A stretch of DNA of 64,000 nucleotides from a virus (taxonomy: Duplodnaviria > Caudoviricetes). Each line of letters begins with the position of its first letter. Position 1 is the stretch's first letter. Shown here piece after piece: positions 28,138 through 37,946 of this stretch. Location: IMG/VR virus record IMGVR_UViG_3300027689_000001, positions 32,001 to 96,000 of that record. One strand, 5' to 3'. The notes beneath the pieces are model-generated. The model made no database searches. It saw nothing but the letters and a program-made list of their open reading frames with translations, and had not been told where the DNA came from. The translations under genes and the position numbers were made by a program.

Positions 28138-28427
28138 TTGCTCCAGTAAGATTCAGAGGCAGGTGAACAATGGTAAGGAGTATTCTCACGTTCGAGGAAC
28201 TTCTTACCAGTCATCATATTGGTTTTTTCGACCATAGTAGTATTACCTAGTTCCAACGCATAAGCGATGGCGAGGTGCTTGCGAGGAAAGGTACGAAGCG
28301 AATTGGTCACCCCAGCGACGGTTTCAAGCACGTGGAAACCCTTGAACATTTTGTCATAGGGAGTAACCGAGAAGCGCGAGTGGCGGAGGACATTGGTAGA
28401 ACGAAGCATAATTTTTTTCCTTTTCAT
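28134..28427 (-). CDS. hypothetical early protein
   Basis: C-terminal NMMTGK.F.E..NTPYHCSPASESYWS motif familiar from phage early proteins. Confidence 0.7.
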   Translation of the reverse strand: MKRKKIMLRSTNVLRHSRFSVTPYDKMFKGFHVLETVAGVTNSLRTFPRKHLAIAYALELGNTTMVEKTNMMTGKKFLERENTPYHCSPASESYWSN

Positions 28428-28438
28428 ATTATATACAC

Positions 28439-28467
28439 AGTATACCTTATTTTTAGGATAAAGTCAA
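28439..28467 (-). promoter_or_regulatory. early promoter TTGACT-N17-TATACT
   Basis: Consensus match. Confidence 0.8.
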
Positions 28468-28929
28468 CACTTATCTTGCTTCCCGACAACTTTTTTTTGT
28501 GCCCTGTCGCGGTCAGTGGCGAAGTGTGAGCGGACTAAGACAAACCTCGACACACCCCAAAACGCCCCATTTCGCTCCATTCGATTCAAGAACAGGACTA
28601 TGCGTAAAACGTACTAAATGTTAGCGAAAAGTACTAACATTCACATTTTATTCATATTAGAGACATCAATATCACACCAGCAGCGAATGCATTCAGTAGT
28701 GATACCTTACGTATAGTATCATTCTTCACATCTTTCCATACATAATATGCATTCAATAACAATAATAGTACACCAATTACATTCCATATCATTTACTTTA
28801 CTCCAAACAGTTCATTTAATGCTTTTTCTTTAGATTCATTATCACGGAATTCAGGATAGAAATCATCATAAGTTCTCTTAAAAGACTTGTTCAATGCTTC
28901 TGTATATTCTTTTTGCATGTCGTTATTAT

Positions 28930-29466
28930 TCATATCACAAACGACCACAGAGATGTTTCTGGGTATAGAGTTGCAGGAGTTCCCAGCATTTCTTCTAAGT
29001 TCTTTACATTTTCTATCACATCAGGCCAGTCAAGGGAATAATCATGTCCGCAGAGTAGACCACCACTCTTTATATTGTTTATACCAAACAATATGATATG
29101 CCAATCATTTGGATTAGAGTGTGTAGCATCTACGAAGAATATATCTGCAGGTTTGTCTACGTATCTGGAGTATTTAAAGAATGGGCAGACTGCCATGATT
29201 GGATGGATATTAGAGATATCTTTAGTGTTCTCGCGGAACTCATCATAGAAGTCTACATCTTCTCGTGCATCATAAAATCCATCCACGCAATATACATTCA
29301 CGGAGGGATCGCAGGACTTTGCCCATGCGACTGCGCTGCGTCCATACAGACTGCCTACCTCTACGATGACACCACCTTCTGGTACTGCACTCGCCCATTT
29401 CTCGATGACCTGGAGTTCGGTCTCATCCATGTGTCCCTTGATTGACATATCATACATCGTCTTCAT
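28930..29466 (-). CDS. class I SAM-dependent methyltransferase (Methyltransf_24-like)
   Basis: VEVGSLYGRS, CVD, FFVDATH and GGLLCGHDY. Confidence 0.85.
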   Translation of the reverse strand: MKTMYDMSIKGHMDETELQVIEKWASAVPEGGVIVEVGSLYGRSAVAWAKSCDPSVNVYCVDGFYDAREDVDFYDEFRENTKDISNIHPIMAVCPFFKYSRYVDKPADIFFVDATHSNPNDWHIILFGINNIKSGGLLCGHDYSLDWPDVIENVKNLEEMLGTPATLYPETSLWSFVI

Positions 29467-29748
29467 CTCCCATTTCTTCCAGCATTTCCAGCAGTTGCCT
29501 GACGGTTAGATCATAATATGCATACTCACGATCATACTGATTAGGATATTTCTTCTCGAGTTGCGCTCGTATGCGTCCTGCAAGTTTAGATAAATCAGTC
29601 ATAATATATTTCCTTTAAAAATGATACTCAACCCAGTAATAGGCAGTCTTGCCACTAGACCATGTTACCTTGCTGCCTCGATATCGCTTATACGGAACCA
29701 GAGGTGATTCAGTTGGTAGTGGTAGTTGCTTCCATTCTTTCTCAGTCA

Positions 29749-30165
29749 TTAGATACCAGACTTCTTTACCAGATCCTTGTATCCACGCCATGATGGATGG
29801 ATTTTGTCAGGTTGGACGTAGGATGTAGAGATGGTGACATCATTGTATTGTGCAGCAATCTGCTTTACGACGGCATTTACCTTGGGTTTACAGAATCCAC
29901 TATTACACGGAGGCATGACCCACACAACCTTCACAGAGCGAATACGATATCGAATCTTCTGTAGTTCTTTATATGTGTTTACACCAGAGTGGTCGTTGGT
30001 GCCCAGACTGATTACTACAGTCTTTGCCTCGAGTGGAGTGCTACCCCAGCGTTTGTTCCACTGCCACGTGTTGTATCCACCCTTGGAGTGGGATACGCAC
30101 TCAGTGGGTGCAAACATCTTGGTGCCAACTGCGATACTATCGCCCATGATTAAACACTCTAACAT
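29749..30165 (-). CDS. SGNH/GDSL hydrolase-like protein
   Basis: MGDSIAVG, ISLGTND and DKIHP. Confidence 0.75.
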   Translation of the reverse strand: MLECLIMGDSIAVGTKMFAPTECVSHSKGGYNTWQWNKRWGSTPLEAKTVVISLGTNDHSGVNTYKELQKIRYRIRSVKVVWVMPPCNSGFCKPKVNAVVKQIAAQYNDVTISTSYVQPDKIHPSWRGYKDLVKKSGI

Positions 30166-30452
30166 TATATGCTCTCTCTATCACGGTTTTCGTTCATGCG
30201 CTTGATATCAGCAGCACGTTGCTTCTTGAGTTCTTCAGCAGTGGCAACAGCATTCTTCTGCACGGCATACTCAATCAGTGCATCTTTACTCATGCTGGAC
30301 TGAAGATCCGCAATGATAGACTGAAATCGTTGGACTTCGCTACTCGTAGGAGCATAGCGAGTGACCGACTCGAGTCGAGTCTCGGCGAGTCGCAACTTAT
30401 CGAATGCATTAAACGTTTCGGCAGTCTTGGTGTTAATCATAATATCAGGCAT
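30165..30452 (-). CDS. hypothetical protein
   Basis: 95-aa ORF after the early promoter at 30485. Confidence 0.6.
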   Translation of the reverse strand: MPDIMINTKTAETFNAFDKLRLAETRLESVTRYAPTSSEVQRFQSIIADLQSSMSKDALIEYAVQKNAVATAEELKKQRAADIKRMNENRDRESI

Positions 30453-30484
30453 AATCTAGTTTCCTATTCAATCTTAGAATTACC

Positions 30485-30513
30485 ATTCTACCCGATAATT
30501 GAGCAGAAGTCAA
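30485..30513 (-). promoter_or_regulatory. early promoter TTGACT-N17-TAGAAT
   Basis: Consensus variant. Confidence 0.7.
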
Positions 30514-30842
30514 TAGTTTTATTCATTGTCTGATATTATATATGTCATGATGCTCTGATAGTTTGTCACTCTTCAGTGCTTCCTCAGCAATATTGGCACA
30601 TGTATACCCATGTCCATGTCCATTCGAGTGACCGAACTTCTGTATACGTTCTAGTGCTTCTTTGTATCGTTGTTCAGTTTTACTTGTCATCATCAACCCA
30701 TTCAATCTGATGAAATGCTACCACTCGCTCAGAGATATTACCATCATCGTCTTCTAGATTCAGAGTGACTCCAGTCGAGTTTGGACGAGACTTGAGAGAA
30801 TGCACAAAGTAAACCTTATCGACATCCTCCCACATATCATTG

Positions 30843-31031
30843 TTAATCGTGCAGCGCATGTTCTTCCTCCGTGTCTACAATATGTAATAGGTTTGGTTCG
30901 CGGGATGCGAAGAATGCTCGATTAAACTGCTGGTTGATTGCTGTGTAATCTTCTGACGTCTGTCGCACTACATACTCAGTTCGACTCTGGTCTGTCCATC
31001 TACGTAACTCATACCTCATTAGAAGTTCCAT
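30843..31031 (-). CDS. small hypothetical protein
   Basis: One of several tiny coupled ORFs at 30523-31031. Confidence 0.45.
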   Translation of the reverse strand: MELLMRYELRRWTDQSRTEYVVRQTSEDYTAINQQFNRAFFASREPNLLHIVDTEEEHALHD

Positions 31032-31591
31032 CCTCTTTCCATAAATTTATCAAATCTCAGTTGAGACATCGAAGACATCGGTTGTTGATGCTTTGGATTT
31101 TTAATCAGCGTCTTGCTCTTGATAGCATCATACTGCTGACGAGAGATGAATAGTTGCTGCTTTGCCATGTCGAAGTATGGCATCGTATGCACAAAGTCGA
31201 ATGTCTCACGATGCTTCTTATCCGTCTTGATGATGACCTGTAGTCCATTCTTAAACGTAATGGCATTGGCAGTCACTAACTTACCGCCAACATTGGTTAT
31301 GGTCATGTATTCAGAAGTAACATCTGCAACCTCATTTAAAGTGGGAGTGTCACTCATTACGAATGATTCGAACCGAGATATAGTCACAGAATCCCTTAGA
31401 TAGACATCCCAGTCATGGACTTCTTCATCGAGGAATAAAGACGCAAAGCATCCACCAGTCAGGATGGATTCCTTAAAGAAGGGATAGTTGTCGGTTGGTA
31501 GATCAGATAGCAGTTCGCGCAGTTTCTTCTGCACGATATCTTTTACGGATTCGATCTCAGCACGTTCAGCGTCATTGAATACAGATGTCAT
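31019..31591 (-). CDS. pol-beta-superfamily nucleotidyltransferase-like protein
   Basis: LTGGCFAS...HDWDVY (hG[GS]...DxD), FDFVH and terminal R..K..ERGW. Confidence 0.65.
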   Translation of the reverse strand: MTSVFNDAERAEIESVKDIVQKKLRELLSDLPTDNYPFFKESILTGGCFASLFLDEEVHDWDVYLRDSVTISRFESFVMSDTPTLNEVADVTSEYMTITNVGGKLVTANAITFKNGLQVIIKTDKKHRETFDFVHTMPYFDMAKQQLFISRQQYDAIKSKTLIKNPKHQQPMSSMSQLRFDKFMERGWNF

Positions 31592-31614
31592 ATCAATCCT
31601 CTCATAATATAATC

Positions 31615-31643
31615 ATTCTACCTTAAATTGGTCGAAAAGTCAA
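31615..31643 (-). promoter_or_regulatory. early promoter TTGACT-N17-TAGAAT
   Basis: Consensus variant upstream of the nucleotidyltransferase. Confidence 0.7.
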
Positions 31644-33079
31644 GCGATATTTGGAATTAATCCGAACGTAGATGTTTCTTTTTTGATTGTTGCTGGGATA
31701 AGTGCGTCTGTCAGACTACCCATGTTGAATATCTGCGGCACTGCCAGTTGCAGGATATCGCATGCTGTAAATGGATTCTCTCCACGAACGATCTTTACGA
31801 CCTTTTCGATGCATGTGTAGATAGAATTGACAATAGGAATTGCCTTTATTAGCGCAGAAGCAGAATCAATAATGTCAAAGATAGCACCAATAAGACTCGT
31901 GCGGAAGATCATTCTTGCCTTGTCAATCAGATGATCGAACGCATCCTCCAGATGATGTAGTAGATACTCCTTGGATATAATCACCTTGGTTTTCTTCAAC
32001 TCAGTTGCTTTATCATCTATACCTGCAATGCTACCAACACCAAGACCTATCAATGGAATCTGAATAGACAACAGTGTGTCAATACCGCCATCAATAAGAT
32101 CCTGTGAGAGTTTTACCTTGGCATCTATCTGTTGCTGCACTTCTTCTCGTGCAACATCAGTGATGGTGGTATTCTCGACGGACGCTGCTAATGTTTTGGC
32201 ATCAGTAATATGTCCAGCAGCAGTTGATTTTACTGTCGCGATTGTTGCTTTGACTGATGTTTCAATGGCAATGGTAGGATCAACGCCACTTAGAACTGCC
32301 TTGATTGCAATACCAATACCTGGAATGTCTTCCAATGCACCGACAATGGCATTGATTACACTCAGAGTCCAGTTGTTGAGTGTAGTATTCAACCAATTGA
32401 GGATCTTCTGCCATACTTCCTCAGCAGTCATCTCAGGTACGTCGACACCCAGTTTACCATCAAACTTGTTCGTCACATCAAAATATCCAGCAACAGTGGG
32501 TTCTGTTGCTATCGCTGCTTTGATGATTGCATTACCAGATGTTGTGAACATGTCACCCACCGTGGCAGATGGCAGGAATGGTAATGGGATATCTAGTGGT
32601 GTCGAGATACCAAGCAGTCCAATAATCTCGGACAGAATCTCGACTATCTTTTTCTTGAAGAAATGCTCGATGTTCTTGAACACCTCTCGTCCACGATATC
32701 GTGCCTCCAACTCTTTAGAATGAAGAGCGGAGAATGGACGAGGTGATAAGAACGATTCGATCTGGTCGATTAGATCCTCGACCTGCGTCATCTTATCTAG
32801 AACATCAGTAATCTGATCATCTGTTAGAGTTTCCAACGCAGATGTAATCGCAGCAGCATCAGCATCGCTGATAGAACCTGCCAATTTCTTGGCATCCCGT
32901 ATCTTACTTAACCTATCATCGTTGGCAGCATCCACCGCAGTGGATAACTGAGACTTAATCTGTCCTGGAAGTTGTGCTACGCTGCGGAAATACCCATCGA
33001 GGTTTCCGAGCGATAGATCTCCACCTGCTGCAGCGCAGTCAAGTTCAGTTACAGTGGGAAGTTTGATTGTTACGGTCAT
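31640..33079 (-). CDS. Ala/Ile-rich helical protein, possibly virion-associated
   Basis: 479-aa ORF preceded by an AATAAATA late-like motif; function not recognised. Confidence 0.55.
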   Translation of the reverse strand: MTVTIKLPTVTELDCAAAGGDLSLGNLDGYFRSVAQLPGQIKSQLSTAVDAANDDRLSKIRDAKKLAGSISDADAAAITSALETLTDDQITDVLDKMTQVEDLIDQIESFLSPRPFSALHSKELEARYRGREVFKNIEHFFKKKIVEILSEIIGLLGISTPLDIPLPFLPSATVGDMFTTSGNAIIKAAIATEPTVAGYFDVTNKFDGKLGVDVPEMTAEEVWQKILNWLNTTLNNWTLSVINAIVGALEDIPGIGIAIKAVLSGVDPTIAIETSVKATIATVKSTAAGHITDAKTLAASVENTTITDVAREEVQQQIDAKVKLSQDLIDGGIDTLLSIQIPLIGLGVGSIAGIDDKATELKKTKVIISKEYLLHHLEDAFDHLIDKARMIFRTSLIGAIFDIIDSASALIKAIPIVNSIYTCIEKVVKIVRGENPFTACDILQLAVPQIFNMGSLTDALIPATIKKETSTFGLIPNIA

Positions 33080-33088
33080 AAGACATAT

Positions 33089-33292
33089 TTATTCCTTATT
33101 CATAAGGCTCTTATGAATTTCCGCCATACGAATTATAAGATTGGCGACAGCAAGTACGAAGCAGAAAGGGAGCATTGCAAAGAAATTACTTTGTCCAATT
33201 GCAGTACCGACAATAATGAAATGCACAACCGCAATGCCAAGTGCGAGCAAGACTGCATCACCTGCGACCTTTAAGAATAGATTAAAAAACAT
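33089..33292 (-). CDS. small membrane protein
   Basis: Two hydrophobic segments. Confidence 0.55.
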   Translation of the reverse strand: MFFNLFLKVAGDAVLLALGIAVVHFIIVGTAIGQSNFFAMLPFCFVLAVANLIIRMAEIHKSLMNKE

Positions 33293-33831
33293 TATCGACC
33301 GACCAATATATCTAAACCACGCTCCTGCCAGTTATCACAGATATCGGAAGAGTTTTCCCATAGCATGTCGTAATACTCGTCGCTACCCTCTTCCAGTTCC
33401 TCGAGAGCGGGAACCTCACGTCGAATCATTGCTTCGATTTGGTCTGAATCTAGGGAAGAACCTGTATTACCAAGAGCAGTAAAGATGTGGTATCCAATGA
33501 AGTTCGGACACTCATCCTCATATTCCACTTCGAGTCTTGCATCGGGATCGATTACGAGAATCTCTTCTGTCATCCACTGCACAAAATGCTCAGGCCAATC
33601 CCATGCGCTAACTAAACGCACACAATTGTCCCATATCGTGTCGACATAGCAATATTTCGCTCCGATGTTTTCTAGCATCCAGTCCCATGTAATGTCTTCC
33701 TTAGCAACATCGAACAATGAGGTTACTGATGCGTGCGGATCAGTATCAATCTTGGCGAACCACTGATTGACGAGATCCATTGCCTGTTCATTACAAACAA
33801 AAGCAACCCGAGTAGTAACATTATTCGCCAT
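33292..33831 (-). CDS. DUF1281/Api92-like ferredoxin-fold hypothetical protein
   Basis: ENIGAKY, VSAWDWP and YEDE..NFIG. Confidence 0.5.
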   Translation of the reverse strand: MANNVTTRVAFVCNEQAMDLVNQWFAKIDTDPHASVTSLFDVAKEDITWDWMLENIGAKYCYVDTIWDNCVRLVSAWDWPEHFVQWMTEEILVIDPDARLEVEYEDECPNFIGYHIFTALGNTGSSLDSDQIEAMIRREVPALEELEEGSDEYYDMLWENSSDICDNWQERGLDILVGR

Positions 33832-33856
33832 AACAATCTCCTTAACGTATACACAC

Positions 33857-33885
33857 AGTATACGTCATTTTAAGACAATTGTCAA
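33857..33885 (-). promoter_or_regulatory. early promoter TTGACA-N17-TATACT
   Basis: Near-perfect sigma70 consensus. Confidence 0.8.
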
Positions 33886-34550
33886 GCCATTTTTGAGTAA
33901 TTTTCTGAGGTTTTTTTGAAGCATGCCCATGCTGCTTCTTGGAACTCATCTGTCATATGAGAGCAGAGTCCATACTTATCGACTGCGATAGAGATATCCT
34001 TATACTTAATCTCGCACCAGCGCCATACATTGTTTTTGATATATGCATCGTAGTATTCGTTGTCAATCACGTAGTCGTGTGCCATAATAATATCATCTGT
34101 CTTCAGAATACGAGAAAACAGATTAAACTCAGCAATTTTGTTACCACCATCGCATAGTACGAGAGTTTGTCCATCACTCTGAATGTAGTCACAGATGTAA
34201 TCTAAATCCTCAAATGCATCCATCACTCGAACATCGACTTGCCTATTGCGCAGTCTATCTGCGTGTCGAGTTTCTATGATGTCATATGTGGTAATTGGAG
34301 CATCGCGGACCTCTACGCCGCTGGCGAAAGTGATGTCTGTAAGTGCAAGTGTGAGTCCACCCCAAGCAGTTCCTATCTCTAGGACACGAGCGATGTTCTC
34401 TTGTGCAAACAGTTTCTCGAAAGCAGTGTAGAAGTTTTTGTTCTGTTGCGTGAAGATACCTTTGTAAACACCACCTGCCCACTGGTGGTTCCAGTTGGGA
34501 AAATCGTGCTCTGGATCATATGCTTCTTTGGGAACAACAAATGAAATCAG
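33882..34550 (-). CDS. class I SAM-dependent methyltransferase (CmcI-like) with non-canonical start
   Basis: The frame is open 108 codons upstream of the track start (34226) and contains VLEIGTAWGG motif I; also CDGGNK and AHDY. The only plausible starts are CTG (34550) or ATT (34547), behind GGAGG. Confidence 0.75.
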   Translation of the reverse strand: MISFVVPKEAYDPEHDFPNWNHQWAGGVYKGIFTQQNKNFYTAFEKLFAQENIARVLEIGTAWGGLTLALTDITFASGVEVRDAPITTYDIIETRHADRLRNRQVDVRVMDAFEDLDYICDYIQSDGQTLVLCDGGNKIAEFNLFSRILKTDDIIMAHDYVIDNEYYDAYIKNNVWRWCEIKYKDISIAVDKYGLCSHMTDEFQEAAWACFKKTSENYSKMA

Positions 34551-35113
34551 AATCCTCCATACGACCAGTGGACGGTGGAGTAACGAATACCCCCAGTAAT
34601 ATCATCGACTTGGTGCTTTACATAAGACGGAAACACCAGTAGATCTCCTTGATTAAAGTCGAATGAAATACGCTTCTCGTCAACGAATAGTGCAAGTTTA
34701 CCACCCTCAAATGTCTGACGATCAGAGAGTAATACGATTGCACTGATTTTTCGGATTGGTCGCGACACGTGGTTTGTATAGTTTGTTGGGAAGATAATGT
34801 CTGAGTGCATCTTAAACTTACCACCATCACGATACCGAATAAAGTTGTTCTCGCTGCAGTGCTCGAACACATTGATATTCCACATCTCTTCATTGAGTTG
34901 TACTACTGCTTGCTTAATCTTTAGGCAGTATGGATTGGTTGGATTAATCGAGCACTGCTCTGAGGTGCGTGCCTCGGTGATCCCAGAGTTATACCCACCA
35001 GTCGTCTGACTGTCAACTAGTGGTTTCTCAAGTTGCTCTTTGATAAACTCTTCTGCTTCCTGCATCATATAACCACGCCAGATAAAGGCAGGACCAATTT
35101 TCTCAAACGCCAT
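34547..35113 (-). CDS. 2OG-Fe(II) oxygenase (prolyl-hydroxylase/PKHD-like)
   Basis: HSD, RKIS, FEGGKL, VFPS..KHQV and GIRYS. Confidence 0.85.
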   Translation of the reverse strand: MAFEKIGPAFIWRGYMMQEAEEFIKEQLEKPLVDSQTTGGYNSGITEARTSEQCSINPTNPYCLKIKQAVVQLNEEMWNINVFEHCSENNFIRYRDGGKFKMHSDIIFPTNYTNHVSRPIRKISAIVLLSDRQTFEGGKLALFVDEKRISFDFNQGDLLVFPSYVKHQVDDITGGIRYSTVHWSYGGF

Positions 35114-35436
35114 CAGTAATATATTCCCTTGAATACCTCTACTGGAATCTCTCCTCTGGGAATGCGATCATTAACATCGTATTCTAGGGTGTCCAGTGCA
35201 TATTGTGTAATAGATACTGCCCATTTTTGTTTATCTCCCAAGGCAGAAGTCAAAATATTTTTGGAGATAACTTGAAGCATAGAACCGATGGCAATTAGAT
35301 CCTGTGGATCATCGCAATACTGAATAGACTCACAGATAAAATCGTCAATTTCTTCGATCATAACATGCAATTTATCTCTCTTCTCAGAGAGAGTTAAACG
35401 TCGATGCTGACGAGATGGTATGTTTTCTTCGCTCAT
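35113..35436 (-). CDS. hypothetical protein
   Basis: 107-aa ORF after an AATAAATA motif. Confidence 0.6.
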   Translation of the reverse strand: MSEENIPSRQHRRLTLSEKRDKLHVMIEEIDDFICESIQYCDDPQDLIAIGSMLQVISKNILTSALGDKQKWAVSITQYALDTLEYDVNDRIPRGEIPVEVFKGIYY

Positions 35437-35447
35437 GCATCTATTTA

Positions 35448-35627
35448 TTACTCGTCAATACGACCTAATCTGTGAAGTAGATTAGAAATAACTACCACAT
35501 CTGGATGTGGGTCGCGTTCACTGACACCTTCTGCACGCAAGCACTCAACAAGATACGAGTGCAATGCACGCTTGATTACAGGGTAATCTGCTGGTGCAAA
35601 TGTTCCGCCTTTTGATTCTTTAACCAT
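35448..35627 (-). CDS. small hypothetical protein
   Basis: TAATG-coupled; LLHRLGR C-terminus. Confidence 0.55.
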   Translation of the reverse strand: MVKESKGGTFAPADYPVIKRALHSYLVECLRAEGVSERDPHPDVVVISNLLHRLGRIDE

Positions 35628-36268
35628 TAGTCCCACAGTCCTTGATAATATTTACCGAACAATATTGTTCCACGTTGAATGCGTTCTGAGTGTTTGACAT
35701 GACCTTCTTTGTCATACACATATGGTTTCACAGAGTGATCAAAAAACTGAGATTCATGATCTTCATCAACGATCTGTTCGAATGCCCAGATCATTTCGCC
35801 GAGCACCCATTCCCACCGCTTATGGTAGTTATCGTCGATATCATGATCAACGACAACAGGAACAGCAGTAGAGCGGCGAAGTTCCTCGGGAACATCAACA
35901 TCATCGACTTGACAAGAACTATGTGTTGATTTTCGCAGTTGCTTTAGCATTGGCAGAATGATTAGAGCAAGACTATGGTCCATGCTCCATGTATCATATT
36001 GATCGATACGTACCTTGATCTTTCGATCCGTTCTATCAATGATCTTGTTTACAGTAAGATTAAGCAAATCCTGCCAGATATCAGAAATCTTCTGAACGCT
36101 ACGATCCAACCAGTCACCAGTTTCTAGATCACCTATGCCCTCGATAGCGACAAGATTGACACCATTCCAGTAAGGAACTTGTTTGTTGCCATACTTGATG
36201 CGAATATAGCATTGCTCAAACCTCAAGGTTGTCCAGCGATTTCTATATGGTCCAATATTAATCTTCAT
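35627..36268 (-). CDS. conserved phage hypothetical protein
   Basis: DTWSMDHSLALIILPMLKQL, RWEWVLGEMIWAFE and LFGKYYQGLWD. Confidence 0.75.
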   Translation of the reverse strand: MKINIGPYRNRWTTLRFEQCYIRIKYGNKQVPYWNGVNLVAIEGIGDLETGDWLDRSVQKISDIWQDLLNLTVNKIIDRTDRKIKVRIDQYDTWSMDHSLALIILPMLKQLRKSTHSSCQVDDVDVPEELRRSTAVPVVVDHDIDDNYHKRWEWVLGEMIWAFEQIVDEDHESQFFDHSVKPYVYDKEGHVKHSERIQRGTILFGKYYQGLWD

Positions 36269-36446
36269 GACACTTCTTCGAAAGTCCAGTTAAATACTCA
36301 TCACTTCCAAAATCAAGTGGATAATCCAAATCATTGACTGCTCGCACAATTTTGGTGATGCCATATACTGCCAGTGCCGCTACTCCGAACACTGCAACAT
36401 ATGGAATTACTTCAATTGCTTTTTGTTTAATATCATCAGCCCTCAT
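36258..36446 (-). CDS. small membrane protein
   Basis: Single TM segment; coupled ORF. Confidence 0.5.
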   Translation of the reverse strand: MRADDIKQKAIEVIPYVAVFGVAALAVYGITKIVRAVNDLDYPLDFGSDEYLTGLSKKCHED

Positions 36447-36681
36447 TGCCATAGACCTCCTCTATTTGCTTTTCTGTTCCAAACCACTTGATCAACTGAT
36501 CAAGCGAATCAATATGCTTCTGAATCTCGATGTCATCTGCTTCTTGGTCACCATATACAAACACATGATTGTTTGCGCCGAGATCGTTCAGAAATGTCTG
36601 GCGAGTTCTGATAAGTTCTTCTACAACCATTGTGTCGAATTGATCAGTGGTAAGTGTTACTTCTACTTTATGCATCTTCAT
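36436..36681 (-). CDS. hypothetical protein
   Basis: Coupled 81-aa ORF. Confidence 0.55.
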   Translation of the reverse strand: MKMHKVEVTLTTDQFDTMVVEELIRTRQTFLNDLGANNHVFVYGDQEADDIEIQKHIDSLDQLIKWFGTEKQIEEVYGNEG

Positions 36682-37063
36682 TCACCTTCTTATATCGATT
36701 GTAACTACCGTCTGCCTCGACCACCATAATCTCGCCAAGATTTTGTGCCATCACACGCTGCTCGCCTTCTGCTACGATATATTCATACTCGCGCAGAGTT
36801 CGCATCACAGCATTGGCAATGCCAAACTTGTTGCGACCAGTGTCCATAGCATTTTGTGCTGCCTCTGCACATTCATTGTAAACTTCATCGGGCAGAGACC
36901 ATGAGATATCCATCGCATTGCTAAAATCGCCCACACGACGCAAATATTCTTGCCCACCATCAACTGCAACTGCACCACATGTGCAATTAACAAAGTCATG
37001 TCGATGCTTGGAGACAATCTTATCTCCGCAACTCAAACATAGTGCTGCATTCTCAACGATCAT
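36668..37063 (-). CDS. Zn-binding phage protein
   Basis: CLSCGDKIVSKHRHDFVNCTCGAVAVDGG..YLRR. Confidence 0.7.
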   Translation of the reverse strand: MIVENAALCLSCGDKIVSKHRHDFVNCTCGAVAVDGGQEYLRRVGDFSNAMDISWSLPDEVYNECAEAAQNAMDTGRNKFGIANAVMRTLREYEYIVAEGEQRVMAQNLGEIMVVEADGSYNRYKKVNEDA

Positions 37064-37341
37064 TCTGCATCCCCATAGTTCAGAACATTCACGAAATCCA
37101 GTTTCTGGTCTTCATCCCAATCTTTAAGATAGACATTATCTTCATCAAACATACGAAGATATTCTTTCTTATCAATCTTGCGTGTAGATGTAATCATCTC
37201 ATCAACATGGAGTTGCGAGAACTCTTTAAAATCATCACCCATGCTCATGGTGACTTCATCCTTCGCGTCGGACGCATTCTTTGCCTCTACGACATACCGC
37301 ATACGGAATACGCTAACAGTTTCTACAAGATATTTTGGCAT
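37060..37341 (-). CDS. conserved T4-like hypothetical protein
   Basis: YLVETVSVFRMRYVVEA...EFSQ.H. Confidence 0.65.
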   Translation of the reverse strand: MPKYLVETVSVFRMRYVVEAKNASDAKDEVTMSMGDDFKEFSQLHVDEMITSTRKIDKKEYLRMFDEDNVYLKDWDEDQKLDFVNVLNYGDAE

Positions 37342-37511
37342 TATTTCAACTTTCCATCATAAGTTCGCAACCATGGTTGCCCGACAACATACTTCGCTTC
37401 GAGGTCATCAGCAACCTTGTGCCAATAATCCTCAAACCATTCATTATTAGCATTATACGCTATTTGGCGACATTTGTCAATAGATTTAAACATCTTTGCA
37501 TAATTAATCAT
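37341..37511 (-). CDS. small hypothetical protein
   Basis: Coupled ORF, start re-placed at MINYA. Confidence 0.45.
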   Translation of the reverse strand: MINYAKMFKSIDKCRQIAYNANNEWFEDYWHKVADDLEAKYVVGQPWLRTYDGKLK

Positions 37512-37716
37512 AGGGAATATCTTCGTCCTGCTTACGACCCATATAATGGTCATCGCTCACACAATAGAACTGTGCTTGCAGTTGACTGTTAACAATAGTA
37601 CGAGTGACATCGCCCGCAAAAGCAACGCATTGCTCTTTGTTTGCAGACTCGTAAACATCCTTTGCTACAAACTCACCCTCAGCGGTAAACAGGAATACAA
37701 TCAACCAATAACTCAT
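37504..37716 (-). CDS. small hypothetical protein
   Basis: Coupled ORF with two Cys. Confidence 0.55.
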   Translation of the reverse strand: MSYWLIVFLFTAEGEFVAKDVYESANKEQCVAFAGDVTRTIVNSQLQAQFYCVSDDHYMGRKQDEDIPYD

Positions 37717-37946
37717 TTCACAACTCCATACAGAAGGATGGCGGTAATGAAACCATTGACCACGATCAGAGGTTTATCTTTCATCTCGTAAGCGGCATAA
37801 CCCCACAAAGCAGCACCAAAAATCGACAGAATCAGGTCTACCGTATGAAACTCAAATGCGCGACAGGTCGCGGCGACGATGACACAGGCAGTACCAATCC
37901 ACTTTACAGTTTCGAGGAACATATTTTTTTCTACAACTTCACTCAT
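37713..37946 (-). CDS. small membrane protein
   Basis: Three hydrophobic segments. Confidence 0.6.
   Translation of the reverse strand: MSEVVEKNMFLETVKWIGTACVIVAATCRAFEFHTVDLILSIFGAALWGYAAYEMKDKPLIVVNGFITAILLYGVVK

Noticed and set aside
33882-34482. Frameshifted or pseudogenised methyltransferase (two short track ORFs)
   Set aside because: Manual translation shows a single uninterrupted frame from 34550 to 33882; the 34282-34482 ORF is an off-frame artefact.
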